This document shows, piece after piece, positions 20,338-30,438 of a DNA stretch of 32,000 nt. Numbering within the stretch: position 1 is the stretch's first letter; each line of letters begins with the position of its first letter. The translations under genes and the position numbers were made by a program. Origin of the DNA: Prochlorococcus marinus subsp. pastoris str. CCMP1986 (GTDB lineage: Bacteria > Cyanobacteriota > Cyanobacteriia > PCC-6307 > Cyanobiaceae); assembly GCF_000011465.1 (NCBI RefSeq), contig NC_005072.1, positions 1,410,001 to 1,442,000 of the forward strand, in the 5' to 3' direction. The notes below the pieces were generated by a model. It was not told the origin of the DNA, searched no databases, and saw only the letters and a program-made list of their open reading frames with translations.

Positions 20338-23300
20338 ATGACTATCAGCGATAAAATCAGAGTTTATGAACTTTCCAGAGATCTAAAACTGGAAAATAAA
20401 GATATATTGGATGCTGCTCAAAAACTTTCAATATCAGTCAAAAGTCACAGCAGTTCAATAAGTTTAGAAGATGCGAAAAAAATTAAAAATCTTATAAATA
20501 AAAATTCAAGTAAAAAAATTCTTTCTGTAAGTAAATCTGCAATTAAAGCAAAAAATGAAAACCCAAAAAATAATGATAATAAAAATAATAAAAATTTTTC
20601 TAATCCCTCTCATCCAGAAAAGTTGTCAAAAGAAGGTTTAAATAAAAAACCCCTTTTAATAAAGCCTACTAATAAAGTAGTGAATTCATTAGTAAGCTCA
20701 AATATTAAAAATCCAAATCCCCCTACTATTGTCTCTAACCTCAAATCTCAAGCTCTTTCAAAAAATCAAAATAAAACTAATACTTCAGTAATAACAACTC
20801 CCAATCTAAAAGACAAAAAAAATCCAAGTGCTCTACAAGACAAAAAGCCTTTAAAAAACTCTTCAGGATCTCCCGCAAAAACTACTGCAAGGCCGCCTAT
20901 TCAACTAATTGAAAAACCAAAAAATTTGGCAAATTCCAATAGGAATATAAACGCAAACAAAATAAATAACTCAGTTAATCAAAAGGCTCAATCATTAAAT
21001 AGAGCTGATAATAATAAATTAAGTAGAGCTGATAATAATAATTTTCCTAAAAAGAACTTAAACAGTCCTAACGTAAAAAGTACTCCTGAACTAGTAGGTG
21101 CCCCGATTAGAAGGGAAGATCCTAAAATTAATACAAACAGGCCGAACTCTAATAGCAGGCAACCCTCATCTAATACACAAATTTCTGCAAATAGGCCAGG
21201 GGGGCAGAATAGGCAGGGTGTTCCAAATAGAGAAGGCGGTCCCTATAGACAGGGATCTCCTAATAGACCAGGAACTCCTTATAGACAAGGTGCTCCTAAT
21301 AGGCCAGGGGGGCAGAATAGGCAGGGTGTTCCAAATAGAGAGGGCGGTGGCCCCTATAGACAGGGATCTCCTAATAGGCCAGGAACTCCTAATAGGCCAG
21401 GAACTCCTTATAGACAAGGTGCTCCTAATAGGCCAGGAGGGCAGAATAGGCAGGGTGTTCCAAATAGAGAGGGCGGTGGCCCTTATAGACAGGGATCTCC
21501 TAATAGGCCAGGAACTCCTTATAGACAAGGTGCTTCTGGGATTAGAAAGCCAGTAGCACCCAATGAACTGATGCAGTTACAGAAAACCAATGCATCAAAT
21601 AAAGAAAAACCTAATATTTCTAATGTAAACAAACAAAAAATCGAAGGGGCCAATCAGAAGACAAAAGCACCTAATAGTCGTTTAAATACATCTCCTTCTC
21701 CTACGGCCAAGAAACCAGCTAGATCATTCGCAAGCAACACTAAGAAGCCTGGCAGAACAGATTGGGACGATAGTGCCAAGCTAGAAGCATTAAGAAATAA
21801 AAATCCACAGAAACAAAGACAAAAAGTTCATATTATTGGCGAAAATGATGATTCATTAACCTCTGAGACTAGCGGTTACTCAGGAGAAAAGGTTTCAATA
21901 CTATCAGCAAGTTTGGCTCGTCCAAAAAAAGAAAAGTCTGAAGAGATCAAATCACAAAAACCCTCAAAACAATTCAAGAAAAAGAAAAAAGAGACTACTA
22001 GGCAAAGACAAAAGAGAAGAGCTATGGAATTAAGAGCTGCGAAAGATGCAAAACAAGTAAGACCTGAAATGATAATAATACCTGAAGATAATTTAACAGT
22101 ACAAGAATTAGCCGATAAGCTTAGTCTTGAAAGTTCTGAAATAATCAAATCTCTTTTCTTTAAAGGTATTACGGCTACAGTGACTCAATCACTTGACTTA
22201 GCAACCATTGAAACAGTGGCTGAGGAATTTGGGGTCCCTGTTTTACAAGATGATGTTCAAGAGGCTGCAAAGAAAACAGTAGACATGATTGAAACCGATG
22301 ATATTGAAAGTCTCATCAAAAGACCTCCAGTCATCACAGTTATGGGACATGTCGATCATGGTAAAACAAGTCTTTTAGATTCCATAAGAGAATCCAGGGT
22401 AGCCTCTGGAGAAGCAGGTGGAATAACTCAACATATCGGAGCTTATCAAGTTGAATTTGAGCACGAATCAAAAAAGAAAAAGCTAACTTTTCTTGATACT
22501 CCAGGTCATGAAGCATTTACGGCCATGCGTGCAAGAGGTACAAAAGTTACTGACGTAGCGGTACTTGTTGTAGCTGCTGATGATGGTTGCAGACCTCAAA
22601 CACTTGAAGCTATTAGTCACGCAAGAGCAGCGAAAGTACCAATAGTTGTAGCCATAAATAAAATTGATAAAGAAGGTGCTTCTCCAGATAGAGTTAAACA
22701 GGAATTATCAGAAAAAGATCTAATTGCCGAAGATTGGGGTGGGGATGTAGTTATGGTGCCAGTCAGTGCAATCAAAAAACAAAATATTGATAAATTACTC
22801 GAAATGATCCTTTTGGTTTCTGAAGTTGAAGATCTCCAAGCAAACCCAGAAAGATTAGCTAAAGGGACAGTAATTGAAGCCCATTTAGATAAAGCCAAAG
22901 GTCCTGTTGCAACTTTATTAGTACAAAATGGCACATTAAAAGCTGGAGATGTTTTAGCCGCAGGTTCAGTCCTTGGTAAAATTAGAGCCATGGTCGATGA
23001 ACATGGTAATAGAATTAAGGAGGCGGGGCCTTCATGTCCAGTGGAAGCACTTGGATTTAGCGAAGTCCCAACAGCAGGTGATGAATTTGAAGTTTATCGT
23101 GATGAGAAATCTGCTAGAGCGATTGTTGGAGATAGAGCGACTGATGCAAGAGCAACAAAATTAGCCCAGCAAATGGCATCTAGGAGGGTAAGCTTATCAT
23201 CTTTATCTACTCAAGCAAATGATGGAGAACTTAAAGAATTAAATCTAATTCTTAAAGCAGATGTCCAAGGAAGTGTAGAAGCTATATTAGGTTCGTTAGA

Positions 23301-23847
23301 ACAATTACCAAAAAATGAGGTCCAAGTCAGAGTCTTACTCTCCGCACCAGGAGAAATAACCGAGACTGACATAGATCTTGCTGCTGCCTCTGGCTCAGTA
23401 ATAATAGGCTTCAACACATCATTAGCCTCTGGAGCCAAAAGAGCGGCCGACGCAAATGATGTTGATATAAGAGAGTATGAAGTCATTTATAAACTTCTAG
23501 AAGATATCCAATCTGCTATGGAAGGATTACTTGAACCTGATTTGGTGGAGGAATCTTTAGGTCAAGCTGAAGTAAGAGCAACATTTGCAGTTGGGAAAGG
23601 AGCAATTGCTGGATGCTACATACAAAGTGGTAAGCTTCAAAGAAATTGTTCTTTAAGAGTACTTAGATCCGATAAAGTAATATTTGAAGGTAATTTAGAT
23701 TCCCTGAAAAGATCGAAAGATGATGTAAAAGAAGTTAATACTGGTTTCGAATGTGGAGTTGGATGTGACAAATTCTCAACTTGGAGTGAAGGAGATATCA
23801 TTTCGGCATTCAAATTTGTAACAAAAAAAAGGACTCTAAATAAATAA
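20338..23847 (+). CDS. infB: Translation initiation factor IF-2
   Basis: 1169 aa; [45 protein letters not shown] plus C-terminal IF-2 domains; long low-complexity N-terminal extension. Confidence 0.98.
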   Translation: MTISDKIRVYELSRDLKLENKDILDAAQKLSISVKSHSSSISLEDAKKIKNLINKNSSKKILSVSKSAIKAKNENPKNNDNKNNKNFSNPSHPEKLSKEGLNKKPLLIKPTNKVVNSLVSSNIKNPNPPTIVSNLKSQALSKNQNKTNTSVITTPNLKDKKNPSALQDKKPLKNSSGSPAKTTARPPIQLIEKPKNLANSNRNINANKINNSVNQKAQSLNRADNNKLSRADNNNFPKKNLNSPNVKSTPELVGAPIRREDPKINTNRPNSNSRQPSSNTQISANRPGGQNRQGVPNREGGPYRQGSPNRPGTPYRQGAPNRPGGQNRQGVPNREGGGPYRQGSPNRPGTPNRPGTPYRQGAPNRPGGQNRQGVPNREGGGPYRQGSPNRPGTPYRQGASGIRKPVAPNELMQLQKTNASNKEKPNISNVNKQKIEGANQKTKAPNSRLNTSPSPTAKKPARSFASNTKKPGRTDWDDSAKLEALRNKNPQKQRQKVHIIGENDDSLTSETSGYSGEKVSILSASLARPKKEKSEEIKSQKPSKQFKKKKKETTRQRQKRRAMELRAAKDAKQVRPEMIIIPEDNLTVQELADKLSLESSEIIKSLFFKGITATVTQSLDLATIETVAEEFGVPVLQDDVQEAAKKTVDMIETDDIESLIKRPPVITVMGHVDHGKTSLLDSIRESRVASGEAGGITQHIGAYQVEFEHESKKKKLTFLDTPGHEAFTAMRARGTKVTDVAVLVVAADDGCRPQTLEAISHARAAKVPIVVAINKIDKEGASPDRVKQELSEKDLIAEDWGGDVVMVPVSAIKKQNIDKLLEMILLVSEVEDLQANPERLAKGTVIEAHLDKAKGPVATLLVQNGTLKAGDVLAAGSVLGKIRAMVDEHGNRIKEAGPSCPVEALGFSEVPTAGDEFEVYRDEKSARAIVGDRATDARATKLAQQMASRRVSLSSLSTQANDGELKELNLILKADVQGSVEAILGSLEQLPKNEVQVRVLLSAPGEITETDIDLAAASGSVIIGFNTSLASGAKRAADANDVDIREYEVIYKLLEDIQSAMEGLLEPDLVEESLGQAEVRATFAVGKGAIAGCYIQSGKLQRNCSLRVLRSDKVIFEGNLDSLKRSKDDVKEVNTGFECGVGCDKFSTWSEGDIISAFKFVTKKRTLNK
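21190..21537 (+). repeat. Three in-frame tandem copies of a ~108-129 nt unit inside infB (units 21190-21297, 21298-21426, 21427-21537)
   Basis: Peptide units [17 protein letters not shown](G)[13 protein letters not shown](NRPGTP)YRQGA[P/S] of 36, 43 and 37 aa with near-identical nucleotides; middle copy carries an extra 18-nt NRPGTP unit. Confidence 0.95.
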
Positions 23848-23851
23848 AAGC

Positions 23852-24091
23852 TTAATCTTCCTTATTTCTATCGAAGAAAAATAAGATAGGAAATAATGCA
23901 CAAGCTCCTAGTTGTATTAAAAGATTATTTTGCTGTATTTCATTCCCACTAGCAATTTTAGAAACCATTATTAGAAGACCTAAAAAAGCAGAACCAGAGA
24001 AGGCAATCCATAATATTCTCCTTAAACCTTTGAATGGAGCTTGAGTCTCCTTTAGTAACTTTTTTTTTAATTCAGGGTCAATTTTTGACAT
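23852..24091 (-). CDS. DUF3493-like (Low PSII Accumulation 1/Rep27-type) membrane protein
   Basis: 79 aa; KKLLKETQAPFKGLRRILWIAFSGSAFLGLLIMVSKIASG...LLIQLGACALFPILFFFDRNKED. Confidence 0.65.
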   Translation of the reverse strand: MSKIDPELKKKLLKETQAPFKGLRRILWIAFSGSAFLGLLIMVSKIASGNEIQQNNLLIQLGACALFPILFFFDRNKED

Positions 24092-24243
24092 TAATTCTTT
24101 AAAATATAAAATTAAGTCTATATGAAAAAACTAAAATTTAATATCGCCGACATAGTCGGTGGAACAGCAACTATTTCGTAAACATTAAGTCATTTGTTTA
24201 ATTCAAATTATCGGCATTTATCTAAAATAAGACAAACTTTTAT

Positions 24244-25791
24244 ATGTGGAAAATTAATTTCAAATTGTTTTTAAAATTACTTATATTTTTTCCATTAATT
24301 TTCTACTTTGGTAAAAGAAGTTACTTAGCTTATGATGAGGGATTCTATGCTTTACAGGCTAGATGGATATTGGAAAAAGGAAATTGGACAATTCCATTAT
24401 GGTGGGGAGATTTTAATTTAGATAGAACAATAGGTATACAATTTCTAATTGCCAAATCACAAGAAATATTTGGGGAAAATTTATTTGCAGCCTATTTACC
24501 AACAACTATTTCATCAATAGTGATGTTAATAATAACCCATAAATTACATGAAGAATTAATAGGTAAAAAGTTTGCAATCGCATCACCACTTATTCTTTCA
24601 ACAACTTTTTTGTGGTTTGATTATTCTCACTTAGCTACTCAAGATTTAATATACAGTTGCTTAGTGACTATTGGAATATTCTCCATTGTAAAAACAAACA
24701 GTAAAAAAGAATTAGTTTACATATCTCTTTTTGGAATTTGGATAGGTTTAGCTTTTATGATGAAGACTTTTCTAGTAGCGGTACCAATTACATCATTATT
24801 ACCCTATCTGATTAAAAAAAAATATATTTTTACTTCAAAATATTTTTGGCTTGGATTAATAATTGGTTTTATTCCATTCATTGTATGGTCAACATCAATA
24901 AATACATTTCTTGATAAAAATATTATTTTTCACCTTTTAGATAAATTTAATAATTTATCTGAAGAAAATACTTTTACAAATCCTTTTTACTATTATTTGT
25001 GGAACATACCAGTCACTTTTCTTCCATGGAGCATATTTTCCATTATTGGATTAGTTCATGGTTTAAAAAGCAAAAATTCACAAGGTTTTATTTTATTTTA
25101 CTTCCCCTTAATTCTAATAATTTTGATAAGTAGTTTTTCTACAAAAACGCCATACTATCCTTTACAAATCTCTTCTATACTATCCTTAAATGCATTTATA
25201 GGTATCAAGTATTTAATAGAAGAAAAAAGATTTAAATTTCTATTTATTTTTATATCGTCAAGAGTAATTCCATTATTAGTGGTAACGATAATTTTTATAT
25301 ATTTCCTCTTTCTCAAAGCTACGATAAATTTTAATCTCAGAGAAAATACATTTTTAATAAGTGGATTAATACTATTCGCATTGGCTTGGAGTTTTATCAA
25401 AAAAAGTCAACACTCCTCAAAAATGATTTCTATATTAATTATTGGACCCTATTTAATGACATCATGTTTTTTGCAATCAGGTCTTTTTACAGACCGATCA
25501 AGAGAAATTAGAGAAACTATGGAGAATATCTCCTCTTTGAAAACATCCAATAATCGAATAATTAAAGTTGATAAAAGCAGCATTATAAATACTACAACAC
25601 ACTCAAAAATTATTAGAATTGCTCTCTTAACACCTAATTTAGGCGAAGGGATCGATAATATCAAAACTTTAAAATCCTCAGAACTAGCTTGGTCCATCTT
25701 TCCAAAAGAAGATCAAACAAAAGATACCTCCATTAAAATTATTTATGAAAATGAAGTTATATTTCCTTGGAAATTAATCAAAAAAATCTAA
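24244..25791 (+). CDS. GT39/ArnT-like membrane glycosyltransferase (dolichyl-phosphate-mannose-type)
   Basis: 515 aa multi-pass protein with early periplasmic AYDEGFYALQARWILEKGNW...WWGDFNLDRTIGIQF acidic motif typical of GT-C/PMT enzymes. Confidence 0.8.
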   Translation: MWKINFKLFLKLLIFFPLIFYFGKRSYLAYDEGFYALQARWILEKGNWTIPLWWGDFNLDRTIGIQFLIAKSQEIFGENLFAAYLPTTISSIVMLIITHKLHEELIGKKFAIASPLILSTTFLWFDYSHLATQDLIYSCLVTIGIFSIVKTNSKKELVYISLFGIWIGLAFMMKTFLVAVPITSLLPYLIKKKYIFTSKYFWLGLIIGFIPFIVWSTSINTFLDKNIIFHLLDKFNNLSEENTFTNPFYYYLWNIPVTFLPWSIFSIIGLVHGLKSKNSQGFILFYFPLILIILISSFSTKTPYYPLQISSILSLNAFIGIKYLIEEKRFKFLFIFISSRVIPLLVVTIIFIYFLFLKATINFNLRENTFLISGLILFALAWSFIKKSQHSSKMISILIIGPYLMTSCFLQSGLFTDRSREIRETMENISSLKTSNNRIIKVDKSSIINTTTHSKIIRIALLTPNLGEGIDNIKTLKSSELAWSIFPKEDQTKDTSIKIIYENEVIFPWKLIKKI

Positions 25792-25826
25792 TAGGTTAAT
25801 ATTAATTACGGTTAAATTTTCAAAAA

Positions 25827-26918
25827 ATGAAATCAGTAAATACTTGGAATTTAACAAACAATAAACTCCACCAATTATTTAAAGATGATAAAGAATTTAT
25901 TTCTCTTAAAGTAAGAGGTAATACTTGGGAACCAATTACAAGATGGCTTAGATTAGATTCCAGAATATTTAGGGAAACAACAAATACAGCAAGAATTACT
26001 TTATGTGATGTTGAATCATTAGCAGAAATCTATAATTACAGATCTATCAGATGGAAAGCAAAAAAATTAACTCCAATACAAACCAAATTATTTCCCCAGT
26101 CTATAAAAAATACTTTGCGAAAGTTACCAATAATTAAGCATCTTGCATTTGAAATAGAAATCACATTTTATAAATATCATGAAAATTTAAATGATCATTT
26201 GATTTCAATACTTATCCCTGCAAGAAATGAAGAAGGTAATAGAAAACTTTTAATCAAAGCACTAAATAAATTTAAAAAAATACCAAATAAAATCGAAATA
26301 ATATTTGTAGAGGGAAATAGTAAAGATAATACTTTTCAAATGTTGGAGGATCTTACTAAAGACTTCTCAAAAAACTATAAAATATCTCTTTTAAAACAAA
26401 CTTCGAAGGGAAAGAAAAACGCAGTTGTTGAAGGATTTAATATATCAACTGGAGATACTCTAGCAATTATTGATTCTGACTTAACCGTTGATATTGACGA
26501 TAGTATTGATGCTATTATGGAATCCACAAAAAATGAAAATATACTAATAAATTGCTCTAGGACAACTTTCCCAATGGAAAAAGATGCCATGAGATGGTCA
26601 AATTATATTGGTAATAGATGTTTTGCAATATTTTTATCAATTTTAATTAACAAGCCTATATCTGATTCGCTGTGTGGAACAAAAGTTTTCTCAAGGAAGT
26701 TTTTTAATTTGATGAAAAAAAATGGTAGTTGGGAATCAAAGTCAGATCCTTTTGGCGATTTTACAATAATCTTTGAAGCGGCCAATAATAATATTAAAAT
26801 CTTAAATTACCCTGTCAGATATTATGCAAGGCGGTCTGGAGCACCAAATATATCAAGATGGATAGATGGTATTAAACTTCTAAATGTTTGTTGGAAATAT
26901 ATGATTTCAGACATCTAA
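25827..26918 (+). CDS. Family-2 glycosyltransferase with an N-terminal ~120-aa extension
   Basis: LISILIPARNEEGNRKLLIKAL...EIIFVEGNSKDNTFQ...KGKKNAVVEGFNISTGDTLAIIDSDLTV...SDSLCGTKVFSR...FGDFTIIFEAA. Confidence 0.85.
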   Translation: MKSVNTWNLTNNKLHQLFKDDKEFISLKVRGNTWEPITRWLRLDSRIFRETTNTARITLCDVESLAEIYNYRSIRWKAKKLTPIQTKLFPQSIKNTLRKLPIIKHLAFEIEITFYKYHENLNDHLISILIPARNEEGNRKLLIKALNKFKKIPNKIEIIFVEGNSKDNTFQMLEDLTKDFSKNYKISLLKQTSKGKKNAVVEGFNISTGDTLAIIDSDLTVDIDDSIDAIMESTKNENILINCSRTTFPMEKDAMRWSNYIGNRCFAIFLSILINKPISDSLCGTKVFSRKFFNLMKKNGSWESKSDPFGDFTIIFEAANNNIKILNYPVRYYARRSGAPNISRWIDGIKLLNVCWKYMISDI

Positions 26919-27022
26919 CTGAAAATAGAGTTAAATTTTTTCATGATTAAATTTAAAAAAATCACAGAAAGGGTAATAAAATAGTTAGATTCTTAATATG
27001 AGATCATTTTAAAATCTCTTTT

Positions 27023-28642
27023 ATGTTGTTTAACTTTCCTTTAAAAAATTTAGCTAAAGAGACCAATAGAGAATCTTTTAGAAAAGTTCTCATTGTTAGA
27101 CTTCCATGCAACCCGATATTTCCGATAGGGCCTATTTATTTAGCGGATCATATTCATAAGTGTTTTCCTGAGATAGATCAACAATTCATAGATTTAGCAA
27201 TAGTACCGCTAAATAAAGTATCTAAATATCTAAAAAGAAAAATTGACCAATTCAGACCTCATATAATTGTTTATTCTTGGAGGGACATACAAATATACGC
27301 ACCAGTTGACGGAAGAAGTGGCAATCCTTTGCAAAACTCATTTGAAGTTTTTTATTCGAGTAATATTTTAAAAAAAATTAGAGGTGCTTGGGGAGGTCTA
27401 AAGTTAATAACATCACATTATGAAGAAATAAATAGAAATACATCCTTAGTAAAGATGGGTCTCAATAGAGCTCAAAAATACAACAAATCTGTAAAAGTGA
27501 TTTTAGGAGGAGGAGCTGTAAGCGTTTTCTACGAACAGCTAGGTAAGTTATTACCCAAAGGTACAATAATTTCTGTTGGAGAAGGTGAGAACCTTATCGA
27601 AAAAGTTCTTAAGGGTGATTCTATTATCGAAGAAAGATGTTATCTTGCTGGGCAAAAACCTAGAAATAAATTAATACATGAACAGCCATCAGGAACAATT
27701 AAAACAGCTTGTAACTACAAATATATTAAATCTATTTGGGCTGAGTTTGATTGGTACATAGAAGGTGGTGATTATTATGTAGGAGTTCAAACCAAAAGAG
27801 GTTGTCCACATAATTGTTGTTTTTGCGTTTATGGAGTTGTAGAGGGTAAAAAAGTTCGAGTTAATCCCGTAAATGAAATTATTGAAGAAATGAAGCAACT
27901 TTATGAGATGGGAGTTAGAGGTTTTTGGTTTACTGATGCTCAATTCATTCCAACAAAGAATCATATTCAAGATGCGAAGTTACTTCTTCAAGCTATAAAA
28001 GATCAGGGTTGGACCGATCTTAAGTGGGCGGCATATATTAGGGCCGATAACATTGACCGTGAATTAGCTCAATTAATGGTTGAGACAGGAATGAGTTATT
28101 TTGAGATCGGGATTACATCAGGATCTCAGGAACTTGTTAGAAAAATGCAACTCGCATATAACCTTAAAACTGTACTTGAAAATTGTAGAATGCTTGTTGA
28201 GGCAGGTTTTAGAAATCATGTCTCAGTGAATTACTCATTTAATGTTTTTGATGAAACCCCTAATACAATTAAACAAACAGTTGCTTATCATAGAGAGCTA
28301 GAAAATATATTTGGGAAAGGTTTAGTAGATCCAGCTATATTTTTTATAGGTTTACAACCACATACACTTTTAGAAAAGTATGCTCTTGAAAATAATATAT
28401 TAAAACCTAGTTACAATCCAATGAGTATGATGCCTTGGACAGCACGTAAACTTTTATGGAACCCTGGTCCTCTTGGTAAAAAACTGGGAGAGGTATGTTT
28501 AGAAGCTTTTGATAATAAAGATGACGAATTTGGAAAAACAGTTATTAATATTTTGGAAAGAAATTATGGTAAATCATCCTTAGATGATTCCCTAAAAGTT
28601 CGTAAATTATCAGAAAGAAAGCTTACTGCAGCAAAAGTTTAA
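27023..28642 (+). CDS. Cobalamin-binding-domain / radical SAM protein (Fe-S oxidoreductase, BchE-like class)
   Basis: 539 aa; CxxxCxxC motif in TKRGCPHNCCFCVYG, upstream Rossmann-like B12-domain region, RADNIDRELAQLMVETGMSYFEIGITSGSQELVRKM. Confidence 0.85.
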   Translation: MLFNFPLKNLAKETNRESFRKVLIVRLPCNPIFPIGPIYLADHIHKCFPEIDQQFIDLAIVPLNKVSKYLKRKIDQFRPHIIVYSWRDIQIYAPVDGRSGNPLQNSFEVFYSSNILKKIRGAWGGLKLITSHYEEINRNTSLVKMGLNRAQKYNKSVKVILGGGAVSVFYEQLGKLLPKGTIISVGEGENLIEKVLKGDSIIEERCYLAGQKPRNKLIHEQPSGTIKTACNYKYIKSIWAEFDWYIEGGDYYVGVQTKRGCPHNCCFCVYGVVEGKKVRVNPVNEIIEEMKQLYEMGVRGFWFTDAQFIPTKNHIQDAKLLLQAIKDQGWTDLKWAAYIRADNIDRELAQLMVETGMSYFEIGITSGSQELVRKMQLAYNLKTVLENCRMLVEAGFRNHVSVNYSFNVFDETPNTIKQTVAYHRELENIFGKGLVDPAIFFIGLQPHTLLEKYALENNILKPSYNPMSMMPWTARKLLWNPGPLGKKLGEVCLEAFDNKDDEFGKTVINILERNYGKSSLDDSLKVRKLSERKLTAAKV

Positions 28643-28676
28643 AAGTATTAAAATTAATTTATTCGTAAGAAGATAA

Positions 28677-29033
28677 TTAATCTTCTTTTTCAATTGAACT
28701 TGATATTCCTTTTGATTTCAAAGATTCTGAATAAAATTCAGCCGGCTCAAGATCACATACAATAACTAAACCAACACCAGTATTATGAGCTTCAAGCATA
28801 ATAGAAATAGCATCTTGTTCGCTTAATTGTGGAACTACTTCTCTAAGTGCATTAGTAACATACTCCATTGAATTAACAGGATCATTGTGAAGTAAAACTT
28901 TGTATTTTGGTGATTTGTTTTTTAACGGGGCTGTTTTTTTCTCCAACACTGCTGCGTTATTATTTTCCCCTTTTTCAAACTTTATATTTGACATTACTTT
29001 TTGATTGTAATTACAAGAAAATCTATTAATCAT
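28677..29033 (-). CDS. clpS: ATP-dependent Clp protease adaptor ClpS; actual start may be the internal Met at 28994 (MSNIKFEKG)
   Basis: 118 aa; KVLLHNDPVNSMEYVTNALREVVPQLSEQDAISIMLEAHNTGVGLVIVCDLEPAEFYSESL. Confidence 0.9.
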   Translation of the reverse strand: MINRFSCNYNQKVMSNIKFEKGENNNAAVLEKKTAPLKNKSPKYKVLLHNDPVNSMEYVTNALREVVPQLSEQDAISIMLEAHNTGVGLVIVCDLEPAEFYSESLKSKGISSSIEKED

Positions 29034-30259
29034 TATATATTAATTATTCGTTCCATTGCATTATTAACATTCATTCTTGAATTGAAAGCAGATAATCGAA
29101 AATAGCCCTCACCCGCCAATCCAAATCCACTTCCTGGTGTACCTACGACATCAGCTTTTTCAAGTAAATAATCAAAAAAGTCCCAAGAAGTCATTCTATC
29201 TGGTACTTTTATCCAAACATATGGTGCATTATCACCTCCATAAACTTTAAAACCTGCACTTCTGAGCTTATTTTGCATAATTTCTGCATTTTTCATATAA
29301 AAGTCAATCAGAGAATTAACCTCTTTTTTACCTTGCGAAGAATATACCGCCTCAGCTCCTCTTTGTACGATATAGCTTACTCCATTAAATTTAGTACATT
29401 GACGCCTATTCCATAATGACCATAAATCAATTTTATCCCCTTTTGAATTTTGTCCTGATAGATTTTTTGGTATTACTGTATAAGCGCATCTAACTCCAGT
29501 AAATCCTGCATTTTTTGAGAAAGATCTAAATTCGATAGCACAATTTTTTGCCCCCTCAATCTCATATATTGAATGAGGAATATTTTTGTCTTGAATAAAA
29601 GCTTCATAAGCTGCATCGAAAAGAATCAAAGACTTGTTTTCTATGGCATAATCAACCCATTTTTTCAATTCTTGTTTAGTAATTGTTGCCCCAGTTGGAT
29701 TATTTGGAAAACAAAGATAAACAATATCAACTTTCTTTTTTGGGATTTCAGGTTGAAACTTATTTTCTTCATTAATAGCTAAATATACTAATCCTTGATA
29801 AGTACCATTTTGAAGTGTTTCTCCTGTTCTCCCAGTCATCACATTAGTATCGACATAAACAGGATAAACCGGATCGGTTACGGCAATTAAATTATCACTC
29901 CCAAGAATATCTAAAATATTGCTACTATCGCATTTTGAACCATCAGAAACAAATATTTCTTCCGATGAGATTTGACACCCTCTTGAAATAAAATCATTTA
30001 CAGAAATTTTTTCCCTAAGCCATCCATATCCTTGCTCTGGGCCGTAACCTTTAAATCCGTTATTTGTTCCCATTTCATTTAATGCTTCGCCCATAGCTTT
30101 AACACAAGCTTTAGGTAGCGGCTCCGTCACATCGCCTATTCCAAGCTTAATGACTTTCGAACTGCTATTGGCTTGAGTATAGTTGTTAACTCTTTTTGAA
30201 ATTTCAGGAAATAAATATCCTGCTTTGAGTTTTAAATAATTTTCGTTAACTTTAACCAC
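29033..30259 (-). CDS. dapL: LL-diaminopimelate aminotransferase, GTG start
   Basis: 408 aa; [83 protein letters not shown]. Confidence 0.95.
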   Translation of the reverse strand: MVKVNENYLKLKAGYLFPEISKRVNNYTQANSSSKVIKLGIGDVTEPLPKACVKAMGEALNEMGTNNGFKGYGPEQGYGWLREKISVNDFISRGCQISSEEIFVSDGSKCDSSNILDILGSDNLIAVTDPVYPVYVDTNVMTGRTGETLQNGTYQGLVYLAINEENKFQPEIPKKKVDIVYLCFPNNPTGATITKQELKKWVDYAIENKSLILFDAAYEAFIQDKNIPHSIYEIEGAKNCAIEFRSFSKNAGFTGVRCAYTVIPKNLSGQNSKGDKIDLWSLWNRRQCTKFNGVSYIVQRGAEAVYSSQGKKEVNSLIDFYMKNAEIMQNKLRSAGFKVYGGDNAPYVWIKVPDRMTSWDFFDYLLEKADVVGTPGSGFGLAGEGYFRLSAFNSRMNVNNAMERIINI

Positions 30260-30338
30260 TTTAAAAAATTTCTAAACTTAACCTATATAAGAATAATGGA
30301 CAATGTACTTAACCGGGAATTAGATGTTAATATAAAGG

Positions 30339-30438
30339 TGGTTATGATTTAATTAAAGAAACAATCATAGCTATTTAATCAATTTCAAATCGTTTGAAAG
30401 TCGTCTAAAACTAAAACACTTAGCAAGTCAAACTGCTA
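30339..30438 (+). promoter_or_regulatory. Putative structured 5' leader of rne: three successive hairpins
   Basis: Read by eye: GTTATGATT(30341-30349)/AATCATAGC(30363-30371) with one G-U; TTTCAAA(30383-30389)/TTTGAAA(30393-30399); TAGCA(30421-30425)/TGCTA(30434-30438). Confidence 0.4.

Noticed and set aside
21166-21528. 120-aa minus-strand ORF ([24 protein letters not shown]… repeats)
   Set aside because: Shadow ORF created by the same infB repeats.
21190-21537. Possible CRISPR-like or mobile repeat array
   Set aside because: Units are adjacent, multiples of three, without unique spacers, and lie in frame in infB.
21098-21556. 152-aa plus-strand ORF (…[32 protein letters not shown]…) in another frame of infB
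   Set aside because: Repetition comes from the infB in-frame repeat read out of frame; IF-2 coding frame is unambiguous.
25411-25430. Yfr1-like ACTCCTCA string
   Set aside because: Only a partial match to the Yfr1 motif as I recall it, within the GT39 coding frame, with no flanking hairpins seen.
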